A stretch of 64,000 bases of DNA from an uncultured Christensenella sp. (GTDB lineage Bacteria > Bacillota > Clostridia > Christensenellales > UBA3700). Positions 30,627 through 40,306 of the stretch are shown here, in pieces. The notes below the pieces were generated by a model, which saw only the letters and a list, made by a program, of their open reading frames with translations, made no database searches and had not been told where the DNA came from. The DNA lies in NCBI GenBank assembly GCA_910584635.1, contig CAJUBA010000001.1, forward strand, positions 108,176-172,175, in the 5' to 3' direction. How positions within the stretch are numbered: the first letter of the stretch is position 1; every line of letters starts with the position of its first letter. The position numbers and the translations under genes are program-made.

Positions 30627-31253
30627 ATGAATGGCAATTCGGCAATAACTTTGCCAACGAAAATAACGATTGTAAGACTTGTCATGATACCTATGTTGAT
30701 TGTCAGTTACTGTCTTCAACCTTTATATGAGTATCTGTTTATAATAACGTCGGCGTTATTTATCATAGCGTCTTTGACAGACTTTGTCGACGGTCATATC
30801 GCAAGGAAGTATAATATGGTAAGCGATTTGGGAAAACTGCTTGACCCAATAGCGGACAAAGTTTTAGTCGCTACCGGTCTGTTTATTTTGATAGACGGAA
30901 ATTATATTCCCGAAGTGCCTTACATAGAATTGATATGTTCGGTAATTATTATCGCAAGAGAGTTCATGATAGGCGTTATAAGACAGGTAGCCGCGCTTAA
31001 AAGCGTTGCGTTGGCGGCTGATAAACTGGGTAAAATCAAAACGGCAAGCACAATGTTTGCGCTAACCTTCTTACTGTGTTCGGCGCATTCCGGAGTAGTA
31101 TTTGAAGTATTTAAGTACGCGGGATTTGCGTTGTTGATAATAGCGACGGCGGTTACGGTAATATCAGGTATAAATTATATTGTCAAAAACAAGACTTTGC
31201 TTTTCGGGGCGAAGAATGACGACGCAAAGGAAAATAACGAGGAAAACGAATGA
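30627..31253 (+). CDS. pgsA: CDP-diacylglycerol--glycerol-3-phosphate 3-phosphatidyltransferase
   Basis: CDP-alcohol phosphatidyltransferase motif DFVDGHIARKYNMVSDLGKLLDPIADK. Confidence 0.9.
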   Translation: MNGNSAITLPTKITIVRLVMIPMLIVSYCLQPLYEYLFIITSALFIIASLTDFVDGHIARKYNMVSDLGKLLDPIADKVLVATGLFILIDGNYIPEVPYIELICSVIIIAREFMIGVIRQVAALKSVALAADKLGKIKTASTMFALTFLLCSAHSGVVFEVFKYAGFALLIIATAVTVISGINYIVKNKTLLFGAKNDDAKENNEENE

Positions 31254-32572
31254 AAATAGGCGTTGTGTCTTTGGGATGCGATAAGAACAGAATAGACAGC
31301 GAAAATATGCTTGCTTATTTGCAAGACGACGGGTACGAACTAACGGGCGATCCTTCTTTGGCTGAAATAATTATAGTCAATACCTGCGGATTTATAGACA
31401 GCGCGAAACAAGAAGCGATAGATACCGTCTTGGAAATGTCCGAATATAAAAAAGGTAAATGTAAGTATCTGATAGTAACCGGTTGTCTTCCTCAGAGATA
31501 TATGTCCGATATGGCTGACGGCTTTCCCGAAGTGGATATGTTTTTGGGTACTGCTAATTATCATATTCTGCCCAAACTTATTAAAGATTTGGTTGCAGGC
31601 AGAAGTGAGCGCACGTATACAAACGATAAGGACGTAAGACATTTTTCTCCTAAAAGAGTGCTTACGACACCGTATCACTACGCGTACTTGAAAATTGCTG
31701 AAGGATGCGATAACAAATGTACGTATTGCGCTATTCCGAATATCAGAGGCAAATATACGTCCAGAAAAATAGAGGACATAGTAGACGAAGCGCAATCGCT
31801 AGTTAAGGATTACGGAATAAAAGAACTGATTATAGTGGCGCAAGACGTGTCCAGATACGGCGTTGATTTGTACGGCGAAGTAAAGTTGATACAACTTTTG
31901 GAGAAGTTGTCCGAATTGGACGTGGACTGGATAAGACTGCTGTATTTATATCCCGAAAATATAACGGAAACGTTGATTGATTACATAGCGGGCAATCCCA
32001 AGATATGTAATTATATTGATATGCCGTGTCAGCATATAAGCGACGGTATCCTGAAACTTATGAACAGAAGGATTAAGTCTGAGCAGATTTATAATCTTAT
32101 CGATATGATAAGAAGCAAAGGCGACTTTACTATCAGGTCAACGTTTATCGTAGGATTTCCGCGAGAAAGCGAAGAGGATTTTGCGGAGTTGGAAAAATTT
32201 ATATCAACGGCAAAACTCGATAGATGCGGATTTTTCGCATATTCGCAAGAAGACGGAACCCCCGCTAGCAGACTAAGCGGACAAATCGAAGAAGACGTAA
32301 AACTTCAAAGACAGGAAAGACTGTACGCTTTGCAAGAAAACGTGATGATAGAAAATATGAAATCGAGATTGGGAAAGCAATTGGACGTACTTTACGAAGG
32401 TATCGATTACGATATGCAAATGTTTTATGGGAGAAGTATGTTTGACGCTCCGCAAATCGATACGAATATTTATTTCGTCGCAGACAAACCTTTGGAAATA
32501 GGCAGGATATATAAGGTCATGATTGAAGAACTTGACGGAGAAGATTACATAGGCAGAGCGGTGTTCGACTGA
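31250..32572 (+). CDS. rimO: ribosomal protein S12 methylthiotransferase RimO
   Basis: The N-terminus VSLGCDKNRIDSE carries the UPF0004 cysteines. Radical SAM motif CDNKCTYCAIP and a C-terminal TRAM-like segment. ATGA overlap with pgsA. Confidence 0.8.
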   Translation: MKIGVVSLGCDKNRIDSENMLAYLQDDGYELTGDPSLAEIIIVNTCGFIDSAKQEAIDTVLEMSEYKKGKCKYLIVTGCLPQRYMSDMADGFPEVDMFLGTANYHILPKLIKDLVAGRSERTYTNDKDVRHFSPKRVLTTPYHYAYLKIAEGCDNKCTYCAIPNIRGKYTSRKIEDIVDEAQSLVKDYGIKELIIVAQDVSRYGVDLYGEVKLIQLLEKLSELDVDWIRLLYLYPENITETLIDYIAGNPKICNYIDMPCQHISDGILKLMNRRIKSEQIYNLIDMIRSKGDFTIRSTFIVGFPRESEEDFAELEKFISTAKLDRCGFFAYSQEDGTPASRLSGQIEEDVKLQRQERLYALQENVMIENMKSRLGKQLDVLYEGIDYDMQMFYGRSMFDAPQIDTNIYFVADKPLEIGRIYKVMIEELDGEDYIGRAVFD

Positions 32573-32592
32573 CGTTCGAAAAGGGAGGAATT

Positions 32593-33300
32593 ATGATAGA
32601 AACATGTAAAAATTATTGCGTTCTGAAAGCCTTTGACATAGACGGAGATATGTTGGTCAAATGTCGGGAATTGGCAAACGTCGACGGCGTTAGTTTGGAA
32701 TTCGCTCAAAGAAATTTGGACTGCAAACTTACTTTGATAAATAAGAGCGCAAGCGATATAACTTATCAAAGAATACTCGACGGTATATTGGAACTTCTAA
32801 AAAGCAACGTTTACGCAAATTATGACACGACGCTAGAACAGTGTTTGATTGAAAACGCGCGAAGCAAAGGCGCAAAAATCGCCGTCGCGGAGTCGCTTAC
32901 AGGCGGTATGATTTGTTCAAGACTCGTAAACGTTCCGGGAAGCAGTTCCGTACTTTACGAAGGATTCGTAACTTACGACGCTTCCGCAAAAGTCCGCAGA
33001 CTTCACGTAAAACTCTCTACGATCGAGGAACACGGTGTTGTCAGCGAAGAAGTGGCTAAAGAGATGGCTTACGGGCTTTTGCAAAACAACGAAATAGATT
33101 TCGCAATTTCGACTACGGGTTGCGCGGGACCTCAAAGCGACGAATACGATACTCCCGTCGGACTTTCGTATATCGGAATAGGAAGCAGAGAAGGTATACA
33201 GGTGTTCGATACATTTTTTGACAAAGACAGAAATGAGATTAGAAAATGCGTAACAAATACGGCGTTGTATTTGGCATTGAAAAATATAAAAGAACTTTAA
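32593..33300 (+). CDS. CinA-family protein with only the C-terminal PncC (NMN deamidase) module
   Basis: VAESLTGGMICSRLVNVPGSSSVLYEGFVTYDASAKV...ISTTGCAGP. At 235 aa it lacks the N-terminal MoCF-type domain of about 170 aa found in full-length CinA. Confidence 0.8.
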   Translation: MIETCKNYCVLKAFDIDGDMLVKCRELANVDGVSLEFAQRNLDCKLTLINKSASDITYQRILDGILELLKSNVYANYDTTLEQCLIENARSKGAKIAVAESLTGGMICSRLVNVPGSSSVLYEGFVTYDASAKVRRLHVKLSTIEEHGVVSEEVAKEMAYGLLQNNEIDFAISTTGCAGPQSDEYDTPVGLSYIGIGSREGIQVFDTFFDKDRNEIRKCVTNTALYLALKNIKEL

Positions 33301-33312
33301 GACGAGGTAGAT

Positions 33313-34317
33313 ATGGAAAAGAAAAATGTTGAAAAAGAAAAATCCGAACTTATAGCGGACGCGATTTCCAAAATCGAAAAGCAGTACGGAAAAGGCTCGA
33401 TTATTAAATTGGGCGACAAAGAAATAGAGCAGATAGACGTAATAAGCACGGGTTGTCTTACGCTTGATATGGCTTTGGGAGTCGGCGGTTTGCCTAAGGG
33501 CAGAATAATAGAAATATACGGACCGGAATCTTCGGGTAAGACTACGGTCGCGTTGCATGCTATCGCGTCTTGTCAGGCTGCGGGCGGATTGGCGGCATTT
33601 GTCGACGCCGAACACGCGCTTGATCCTATCTATGCGGAGAAATTGGGCGTAAACGTAAAAGAACTTTATGTCAGCCAACCGGATGACGGAGAACAGGCGC
33701 TCGATATTGTCGAAACTATGGTAAGAAGCAACGCCATGGATATTATCGTTGTCGATTCCGTTGCGGCGCTTACACCTAAGGCGGAAATAGATGGGGAAAT
33801 GGGACAGGCTGTAGTAGGTTTGCAAGCAAGACTTATGTCGCAAGCGGCAAGAAAACTTACCGCCATCATCAATAAGACGAAAACTTGCGTTGTATTTATA
33901 AATCAGTTGAGAGAAAAAGTCGGAGTAATGTTCGGAAATCCCGAAGTTACGCCCGGCGGTAAAGCGTTGAAATTCTATTCGAGTATAAGAATAGAGGTAA
34001 GAAAAGGCGACGCTATCAAGGACGGAAGCGAGTTTGTCGGAAACAGAGCGAAAGCAAAAGTCGTCAAGAATAAAGTCGCTCCTCCGTTCAGAACTGCGGA
34101 ATTCGATATTATATACGGCAAAGGCATCTCAAATAACGGTTGTCTTGTTGACGTTGGCGTAAGTTTGGATATACTTAAAAAGAGCGGATCGTGGATAAGT
34201 TACAATGACGAGAAAATCGGACAGGGAAGAGATAAGACGATACAGTACCTTGAAGACAATCCCGAAGTTGCGTTGGAAATCCAAAACAAGATTATGGAAA
34301 AGGCGAAAGAAGAATAA
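33313..34317 (+). CDS. recA: recombinase RecA
   Basis: GPESSGKTT Walker [10 protein letters not shown] and [17 protein letters not shown]. Confidence 0.98.
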   Translation: MEKKNVEKEKSELIADAISKIEKQYGKGSIIKLGDKEIEQIDVISTGCLTLDMALGVGGLPKGRIIEIYGPESSGKTTVALHAIASCQAAGGLAAFVDAEHALDPIYAEKLGVNVKELYVSQPDDGEQALDIVETMVRSNAMDIIVVDSVAALTPKAEIDGEMGQAVVGLQARLMSQAARKLTAIINKTKTCVVFINQLREKVGVMFGNPEVTPGGKALKFYSSIRIEVRKGDAIKDGSEFVGNRAKAKVVKNKVAPPFRTAEFDIIYGKGISNNGCLVDVGVSLDILKKSGSWISYNDEKIGQGRDKTIQYLEDNPEVALEIQNKIMEKAKEE

Positions 34318-34326
34318 AAAATACAT

Positions 34327-34350
34327 AAAAGGCGGGCAACCGCCTTTTTT
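34327..34350 (+). terminator. intrinsic terminator after recA
   Basis: AAAAGGCGG GCAA CCGCCTTTTTT. Confidence 0.85.
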
Positions 34351-34551
34351 CTCTGCGCATTACTATTTATTTATTCGATACAATATCTTGATATTGAAAA
34401 TAAATCGTAACCTATATATACTGAAAATATAAAATATTATAATAATTATAATATAATTACTATTGACTTTATAACTTCAAATGGGATATAATTTAATTGC
34501 ATAAAATTTTTTTATGTTGTAACTTAAAAATTTAATAAAGAGGAGGCAAAA

Positions 34552-36165
34552 ATGAAATTCAGTATGAATTGCTTGAATTTTCTCCTTGGGGTTGATGCAG
34601 GTATAGTAGTGGCGATTACCCTTGTCGTAGCCTTGATAGGTATAGGCGGCGGTATAGGTATCGGCATTTTGATATACAAATCTTATGCAAAAAAGACGGT
34701 CGGTGGAGTAAAAGAAGAATGCGAGCGTATTAAAAAAGACGCGCGCGAAGAGTCAAAGTCTTATCTCAAGGAAGCAAAATTCGAAGCGCAGGAAGAAAAA
34801 GACAGACTTCGTAAGGAGTTGGAAAAGAAATCGGAGGAGCATAGGGCGGAAATGGTCAGAAGCGAGCAGAGAATTGCTCAAAGAGAAGACCAACTTGTAA
34901 AAAGAGAGTTGGCAATCGACAAAAAGTCCGACGCTATCGACGAAAAGAAAAAACAGTTAGAAAACAAAGAAAGAGAACTCGATAATATTGAGCAGGAATT
35001 GCAAAACGCGCATGCGAATATGTTGGCGGAACTTGAAAAAGTAGCGCAACTGACGCAAAGCGAAGCCAAAGACATTCTCATGAACGAACTTATTGAGACG
35101 GTCAAAAGAGACGCTGTGGCAAAAGCCAAAGAAATCGAACAAAAAGCAAAAGACGAGGCTGATAAAAAGGCTAAGAATATAATCGGACTTGCCATTCAAA
35201 GATGCGCTGCCGATCACGCTTCGGAAATCGCGGTTTCCGTAGTGCCGCTGCCCAATGAGGATATGAAAGGAAGACTTATCGGAAGAGTGGGTAGAAATAT
35301 CAGAGCAATCGAAAATTCGACCGGCGTCGATTTGATAATAGACGATACGCCTGACGTAGTAACGGTATCGGGATTTGACCCCGTAAGGAGAGAAATCGCA
35401 AAACTTACTATCGAAAAACTTGTTTCGGACGGAAGAATTCATCCGGCGAAAATTGAAGAAACGGTAGAAAAAGTCAAGAGAGATATTGAGCAACAGATGA
35501 AAGAAGCGGGAGAGAACGCCGCGTTTGACGCAAACGTTTACGGACTTCATCCCGAGATTATCAAACTTTTGGGTAGATTGAAATACCGCACCAGTTACGG
35601 ACAGAACGTACTTAATCACTCGCTTGAAGTAAGTTATATAGCGGGTATGATGGCATCTGAATTGGGCGCGGACGTCAAAGTTGCTAAAAGAGCGGGACTT
35701 CTCCACGATATCGGCAAAGCGGTCGACCATGAGGTGGAGGGAACTCACGTTTCTATCGGCGTTGAAATAGCCAAAAAGTTTAAGGAACAGCGTAACGTTA
35801 TACATGCTATCGAGGCGCACCACGGAGACGTTGAACCGACTACGTTGGAAGCGATTATAGTGCAGGCGGCGGACGCTATTTCGGGAGCAAGACCGGGAGC
35901 GAGAAGAGAGTCGCTTGAAAATTATGTAAGAAGACTCGAAAAACTCGAAGGCGTGGCAAATTCGTTTGACGGAGTAGAACAATCGTACGCAATCCAAGCG
36001 GGTAGAGAAATCAGAGTAATAGTTAAGCCTGAAGTGGTCAACGACGAAGCAACTACCTTTATGGCTAAGGATATTGCAAAGAAGATCGAGGCGGAACTCG
36101 AATATCCGGGACAGATAAAAGTCAACGTGATAAGAGAAGTAAGAAAAATCGAATATGCAAAATAA
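34552..36165 (+). CDS. rny: ribonuclease Y
   Basis: N-terminal TM helix, a coiled-coil Lys/Glu-rich region, a KH domain ([11 protein letters not shown]) and an HD domain ([12 protein letters not shown]). Confidence 0.96.
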   Translation: MKFSMNCLNFLLGVDAGIVVAITLVVALIGIGGGIGIGILIYKSYAKKTVGGVKEECERIKKDAREESKSYLKEAKFEAQEEKDRLRKELEKKSEEHRAEMVRSEQRIAQREDQLVKRELAIDKKSDAIDEKKKQLENKERELDNIEQELQNAHANMLAELEKVAQLTQSEAKDILMNELIETVKRDAVAKAKEIEQKAKDEADKKAKNIIGLAIQRCAADHASEIAVSVVPLPNEDMKGRLIGRVGRNIRAIENSTGVDLIIDDTPDVVTVSGFDPVRREIAKLTIEKLVSDGRIHPAKIEETVEKVKRDIEQQMKEAGENAAFDANVYGLHPEIIKLLGRLKYRTSYGQNVLNHSLEVSYIAGMMASELGADVKVAKRAGLLHDIGKAVDHEVEGTHVSIGVEIAKKFKEQRNVIHAIEAHHGDVEPTTLEAIIVQAADAISGARPGARRESLENYVRRLEKLEGVANSFDGVEQSYAIQAGREIRVIVKPEVVNDEATTFMAKDIAKKIEAELEYPGQIKVNVIREVRKIEYAK

Positions 36166-36173
36166 TTGTTTTT

Positions 36174-36201
36174 AGGAGTATCGAAAGATACTCCTTTTTT
36201 C
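36174..36201 (+). terminator. intrinsic terminator after rny
   Basis: AGGAGTATC GAAA GATACTCCT followed by TTTTTC. Confidence 0.85.
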
Positions 36202-36225
36202 TTGCGCGTTTGATTTATGAAATAA

Positions 36226-36834
36226 TCAGAAGAGGATGTGTTTGATAATTATAGGAAGAACTGCGGTAAATACGGCTATCGCTATTCCCATTATACAAGC
36301 GACGGCAAGCGTAAATCCCAACATTTTTTTAAGCGTTATCGGACAGTTGCCACTGCAATAGAGATAGTTTTTATTTATATAACATATTATTGTAACTATC
36401 GTTACTACGAAGAGCAGAAATATAGGTATGTAGAATATTACGGTATTAAGTAAGTTTATAATCAGACTTGAATTCCAACTGCCTACTATATTTACCGCCA
36501 ATCTATATGCAATAAAGGTTATTGCGAAATACATTATCGCGAAAGCAAATTTCTTTCTGTACGTCAGCATAGCGCAGAAGGCGAACAGTAAGTTGAAAAG
36601 GAAATATTTCAGCGTTACTTTTACTACGCTGTATTCGCCGTTCATAAGCATTTGATAATAGTTGTTGTGCGTTAATTCACTTTCGTAATTCAATACTACG
36701 AATAACGAGATGGCAAAAACCGAAAGAAAGAGTCCGTAAAACGTGATTATAAAAAGTTTGTTTTCCCTGAAAAAGTTTTTGATATAGGGAGTGATGCAGA
36801 CTTTGTTGATTTTGATACCTTTGAACTTGCCCAT
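36226..36834 (-). CDS. polytopic membrane protein of unknown function (SpoIIM/DUF95-like architecture is only a guess)
   Basis: About 5 hydrophobic helices, immediately downstream of and co-directional with the Spo0A_C gene. The ATG at 36834 (MGKFKG...) has a weak AAGG upstream. The ORF is open up to a TTG at 36885, so the start is uncertain. Confidence 0.5.
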   Translation of the reverse strand: MGKFKGIKINKVCITPYIKNFFRENKLFIITFYGLFLSVFAISLFVVLNYESELTHNNYYQMLMNGEYSVVKVTLKYFLFNLLFAFCAMLTYRKKFAFAIMYFAITFIAYRLAVNIVGSWNSSLIINLLNTVIFYIPIFLLFVVTIVTIICYINKNYLYCSGNCPITLKKMLGFTLAVACIMGIAIAVFTAVLPIIIKHILF

Positions 36835-36902
36835 TGTTTTTGCCTTTTTTGAAGTTGTACTAAATTTTATTTGATAAAAAGACAAATTATGACAATATCA
36901 AA

Positions 36903-37235
36903 TCAATTTGAAGTTATTTTGTCGCAAATGTGCATTATAAGTTGTTTTGCAGTGGGCTTACCTTTGCTTATGTCGATAGTGTTGCCGAATTCTTTATAAA
37001 GACAGTCTATGTCGCCCTCAAGCCATGCTTTGGAAATGCAATTTTGAATATTCTTATCTATGCCGGCAATATTTTTATTATACTTTCTTGACAAAATGAC
37101 GTAGCCGTTGAGTTTTAACGGTAAGATATTTGTCCCGCGCGTCCAAAGTTCCGCTAAGTCCAAAATATATTTATATCCCAGACAATTTGGGCGCAATCCT
37201 ATAGAAAGCATATAAGAATAAATTTGTTTTTCCAT
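36903..37235 (-). CDS. stand-alone Spo0A C-terminal (DNA-binding effector) domain protein with no receiver domain
   Basis: The 110-aa protein aligns along its whole length with my recollection of the B. subtilis Spo0A C-terminal domain. IGLRPNCLGYKYILDLAE pairs with IGVPAHIKGYLYLREAI. ISKAWLEGDIDCLYKEFGNTIDISKGKPTAKQLIMHICDKI pairs with [41 protein letters not shown]. No SD is visible upstream. Confidence 0.7.
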   Translation of the reverse strand: MEKQIYSYMLSIGLRPNCLGYKYILDLAELWTRGTNILPLKLNGYVILSRKYNKNIAGIDKNIQNCISKAWLEGDIDCLYKEFGNTIDISKGKPTAKQLIMHICDKITSN

Positions 37236-37399
37236 AGGTATATAGTAATATAATCGTTTTATATTTTTATGTCTTTAATTGTATTTTTGCAGTATGTTTT
37301 AGAAAAACAAAGTTATAAAATCTCAAAATAGCCGACGTTGAATAAAAATCCGTAATTGATGTACAATATTTGCGAAAATACAAAATCAGGGGATAAAAT

Positions 37400-38581
37400 A
37401 TGAAAAAGAAAACATTATTACCTTTTTTGATACTTGCATTAGGACTTTTAGCGATTTTTCCATTGGGAATGAAAGCGCAGCCCTACAGATATGCAGATGG
37501 CGCAGCAGTTGAGGTAGACCAACCATTGAAAGCAAACGGATTCGGAGAGTACTTGACCGAGTATTATACGGGAGAAGTTTTGTATGAGCATAACTCGCAA
37601 TCCCGTCATGAAATTGCCAGCATGGTAAAAATTATGACGGCGAATCTTATATTCGAGGCTATTGACGAAGGAAAGATTTCTTATGACGAAATGATAACTA
37701 TCTCGCCTGACGCGGCGTCTATGGGCGGGAGTCAAATGTTTTTGGACAGCGGAGCGCAGTATTCGGTAAGCGATTTGCTTAAAGGTATAATCGTTGTATC
37801 GGCAAACGACGCTTCTTACGCGATGGCGGAGAAAATAGCCGGCAGTGTGGATTCATTTGTTGCAATGATGAATGAGCGCGCTGTTCAACTCGGTATGGAA
37901 AATACCAAATTTGCCAACTGTACAGGCTTGCCTAATGAAAATGAGCAGTACAGCACGGCAAAAGACGTTAATATAATGACAAGACAACTTATGTCGCATG
38001 AAAAATATTACGAATACGCAAGCGTTTGGATGGAAGATTACAAGCATCCTTCCGGCAGAATCACTCAGTTTGTAAATACCAATAAACTGCTCAAACAATA
38101 TAGCGGTTGTATCGGCGGAAAAACTGGATATACCGACGCGGCTGGACACTGTTTGTCGGCGTGCGCAGAGAGAAACGGTATGAAAGTCGTCGCTACTATT
38201 GTTGGCGGAACGGACAGTAAGTCGAGATTTAATCAGGTAAGAGCGATGTTCGATTATTCGTTTGCAAACTATGTTAATAAGATTTATTACAGAAAAGGCG
38301 ACGTTGTAGGCAAAGTAAGCGTTTCTAAATCTCCTATTGACGAGATAGAAGTCGCAACGTCAAGCGATATTACTAAATTTTCGAAGTTGGGCGTTGGCAG
38401 TGAAGAAATCGAGTTGATATTGCCGCAAAGCGTAGCCGCTCCTATAAAGAAAGGCGACGTTATCGGACAGGCGGTTTACAGTGTAGACGGCAAAGAGGTA
38501 AGCGTTGATTTGATTGCCATGCAGGACGCAAGAAAAAGCACGTTTTTGGATATTATTAAAGGAATAACCAAAGATTGGTAA
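37400..38581 (+). CDS. serine-type D-Ala-D-Ala carboxypeptidase (S11; DacF/DacB-like)
   Basis: Signal peptide plus SMVK (SxxK), SAND (SxN) and KTGYT motifs, and a C-terminal PBP5-type domain. Confidence 0.88.
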   Translation: MKKKTLLPFLILALGLLAIFPLGMKAQPYRYADGAAVEVDQPLKANGFGEYLTEYYTGEVLYEHNSQSRHEIASMVKIMTANLIFEAIDEGKISYDEMITISPDAASMGGSQMFLDSGAQYSVSDLLKGIIVVSANDASYAMAEKIAGSVDSFVAMMNERAVQLGMENTKFANCTGLPNENEQYSTAKDVNIMTRQLMSHEKYYEYASVWMEDYKHPSGRITQFVNTNKLLKQYSGCIGGKTGYTDAAGHCLSACAERNGMKVVATIVGGTDSKSRFNQVRAMFDYSFANYVNKIYYRKGDVVGKVSVSKSPIDEIEVATSSDITKFSKLGVGSEEIELILPQSVAAPIKKGDVIGQAVYSVDGKEVSVDLIAMQDARKSTFLDIIKGITKDW

Positions 38582-38591
38582 TAAAGTTAAA

Positions 38592-38620
38592 ATACGGACG
38601 GTTTTGCCGTCCGTATTTGT
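38592..38620 (+). terminator. intrinsic terminator after the first dac gene
   Basis: ATACGGACGG TTTT GCCGTCCGTAT followed by TTGT. Confidence 0.75.
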
Positions 38621-38744
38621 AAATTGCAAGCGTGATGTAAAATATTTATTGCATTTATCTAAATTCAATGTCAAAAATATTGTTTATCATTGACTTAAAG
38701 GTCAATATTTATTATAATATATAGTAGGATTTTAGGAGAAATAA

Positions 38745-39491
38745 ATGTTTTCATTCATACAGGGACTTGTAAATAACTCGCTTGTTAAATACTTAGGGTT
38801 CGGAGTAGTCGTACTCGGAATTCTTGCGTACGTTATTGCTATGTTGGTCGCTATCGTGGGACATGAAATGTCGCACGGCTACGTCGCGTATTGGAATGGA
38901 GATAAGACAGCCAAATTTATGGGAAGACTTTCTCTTAATCCTATAAAGCATTTAGACCCTATGGGATTCGGATTGATGCTTATAGTCGGATTCGGTTGGG
39001 CGAAACCCGTTCCTATCGATCCTAGAAATTTCAAAAAATACAAAAAAGGCATGGTACTTACGTCGCTTGCCGGCGTAACGTTTAATTTTATTGTCGCTTT
39101 CATAAGCGCGCTATGTCTTGCGATATTTTCCAAGTTAACGGAAAACGTGGCTATCGAAGATAACGCATTGTCTTATTTTCTTATATTTATCAGTTTCTTA
39201 TTACAGTTGTCTGTAACTTTTAATATTGTGCTTATGGCGTTCAACCTATTGCCGATATATCCGTTAGATGGATTTAGGGTAATAGAAACGCTTGCAAAGC
39301 CGAACAACAAATACGTTAATTTTATGTATAAGTACGGTTCTGTCGTAATGCTTGCGATATTGCTTTTAAGTTTGGTAATAGGTAGATTTATACCGCAGTT
39401 GGATATACTGTCAAACTATATAAATGCTGTTCGAAACGCGTTGGTATGGCTGTTTGACAAGATATTCGGATTGGCGCTTAGGTGGATTTAG
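38745..39491 (+). CDS. M50 site-2-protease-family membrane metalloprotease
   Basis: The HEMSHG (HExxH) motif lies within a TM helix, and the downstream NLLPIYPLDG motif is present. Confidence 0.85.
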   Translation: MFSFIQGLVNNSLVKYLGFGVVVLGILAYVIAMLVAIVGHEMSHGYVAYWNGDKTAKFMGRLSLNPIKHLDPMGFGLMLIVGFGWAKPVPIDPRNFKKYKKGMVLTSLAGVTFNFIVAFISALCLAIFSKLTENVAIEDNALSYFLIFISFLLQLSVTFNIVLMAFNLLPIYPLDGFRVIETLAKPNNKYVNFMYKYGSVVMLAILLLSLVIGRFIPQLDILSNYINAVRNALVWLFDKIFGLALRWI

Positions 39492-39498
39492 GTGAGTT

Positions 39499-40305
39499 AT
39501 GAGTAATTTCTTCGAACGGCGCGCTACTCAGAATATAATACTCAATATAAATGATTTTGACGGACCTATCGAACTTCTTTACGAACTTATAATGGTTGAA
39601 AAGAAGTACGATATACGAACATTTCCTTTGGCTCAAATCGCCGACCAATATATGCTGCATTTGGAGCAAGTCGGAAAACTCGATATGGAAGAAGCGAGCG
39701 AATACATAAAAATAGCGGCGGTGCTTTTGGAAATCAAAGCGCGCGCTTGTTTGCCGAAATTGGACGATCCTGACGACGAAGAATTTGACGATACTGATCC
39801 TGAAGAAGAACTCAGACGTAAGATTTTAATGTTCCAACTCTGTAAGGAACAGGCGTTGAAGTTGAAAGATATGGAAACGCTCAATAAATTTTATCGAAAG
39901 CCTAAATTTACGAACGCTGACGCATTGATTGTCGTAAATGATTTTTCATTTGATAAATTGATTGAAGCGTACGGCGTAATTCTTCTTAAAACAATAGAAA
40001 AAGAGAAAAAGCAGGTAACAAAAAAGATTCAAAAAGACAGATTTACCGTTGCCGATAAAATTGAATACATATCTAAATTCGTATTTAAGAATAAAAGCGT
40101 AGTATTTAACAAACTTTTTGAAGAAGATATAACAAAAAGCGAAGTCATTACAACGTTCCAGGCATTGTTGGAACTTATGAAAAAACAAATAGTAATCGCT
40201 GTTCAGAAAGATTTCGGCGAAGATATATTTATTTCATTGAACGAAGAAGTCAAAGCAGACGAAGTGAATATACAGGAATTGAAGAAGACCGAGGAGAGTT
40301 ATTGA
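39499..40305 (+). CDS. scpA: segregation and condensation protein A
   Basis: FDGPIELLYELI...IAAVLLEIKARACLP, kleisin-like, immediately upstream of scpB. Confidence 0.88.
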   Translation: MSNFFERRATQNIILNINDFDGPIELLYELIMVEKKYDIRTFPLAQIADQYMLHLEQVGKLDMEEASEYIKIAAVLLEIKARACLPKLDDPDDEEFDDTDPEEELRRKILMFQLCKEQALKLKDMETLNKFYRKPKFTNADALIVVNDFSFDKLIEAYGVILLKTIEKEKKQVTKKIQKDRFTVADKIEYISKFVFKNKSVVFNKLFEEDITKSEVITTFQALLELMKKQIVIAVQKDFGEDIFISLNEEVKADEVNIQELKKTEESY

Positions 40306-40306
40306 T

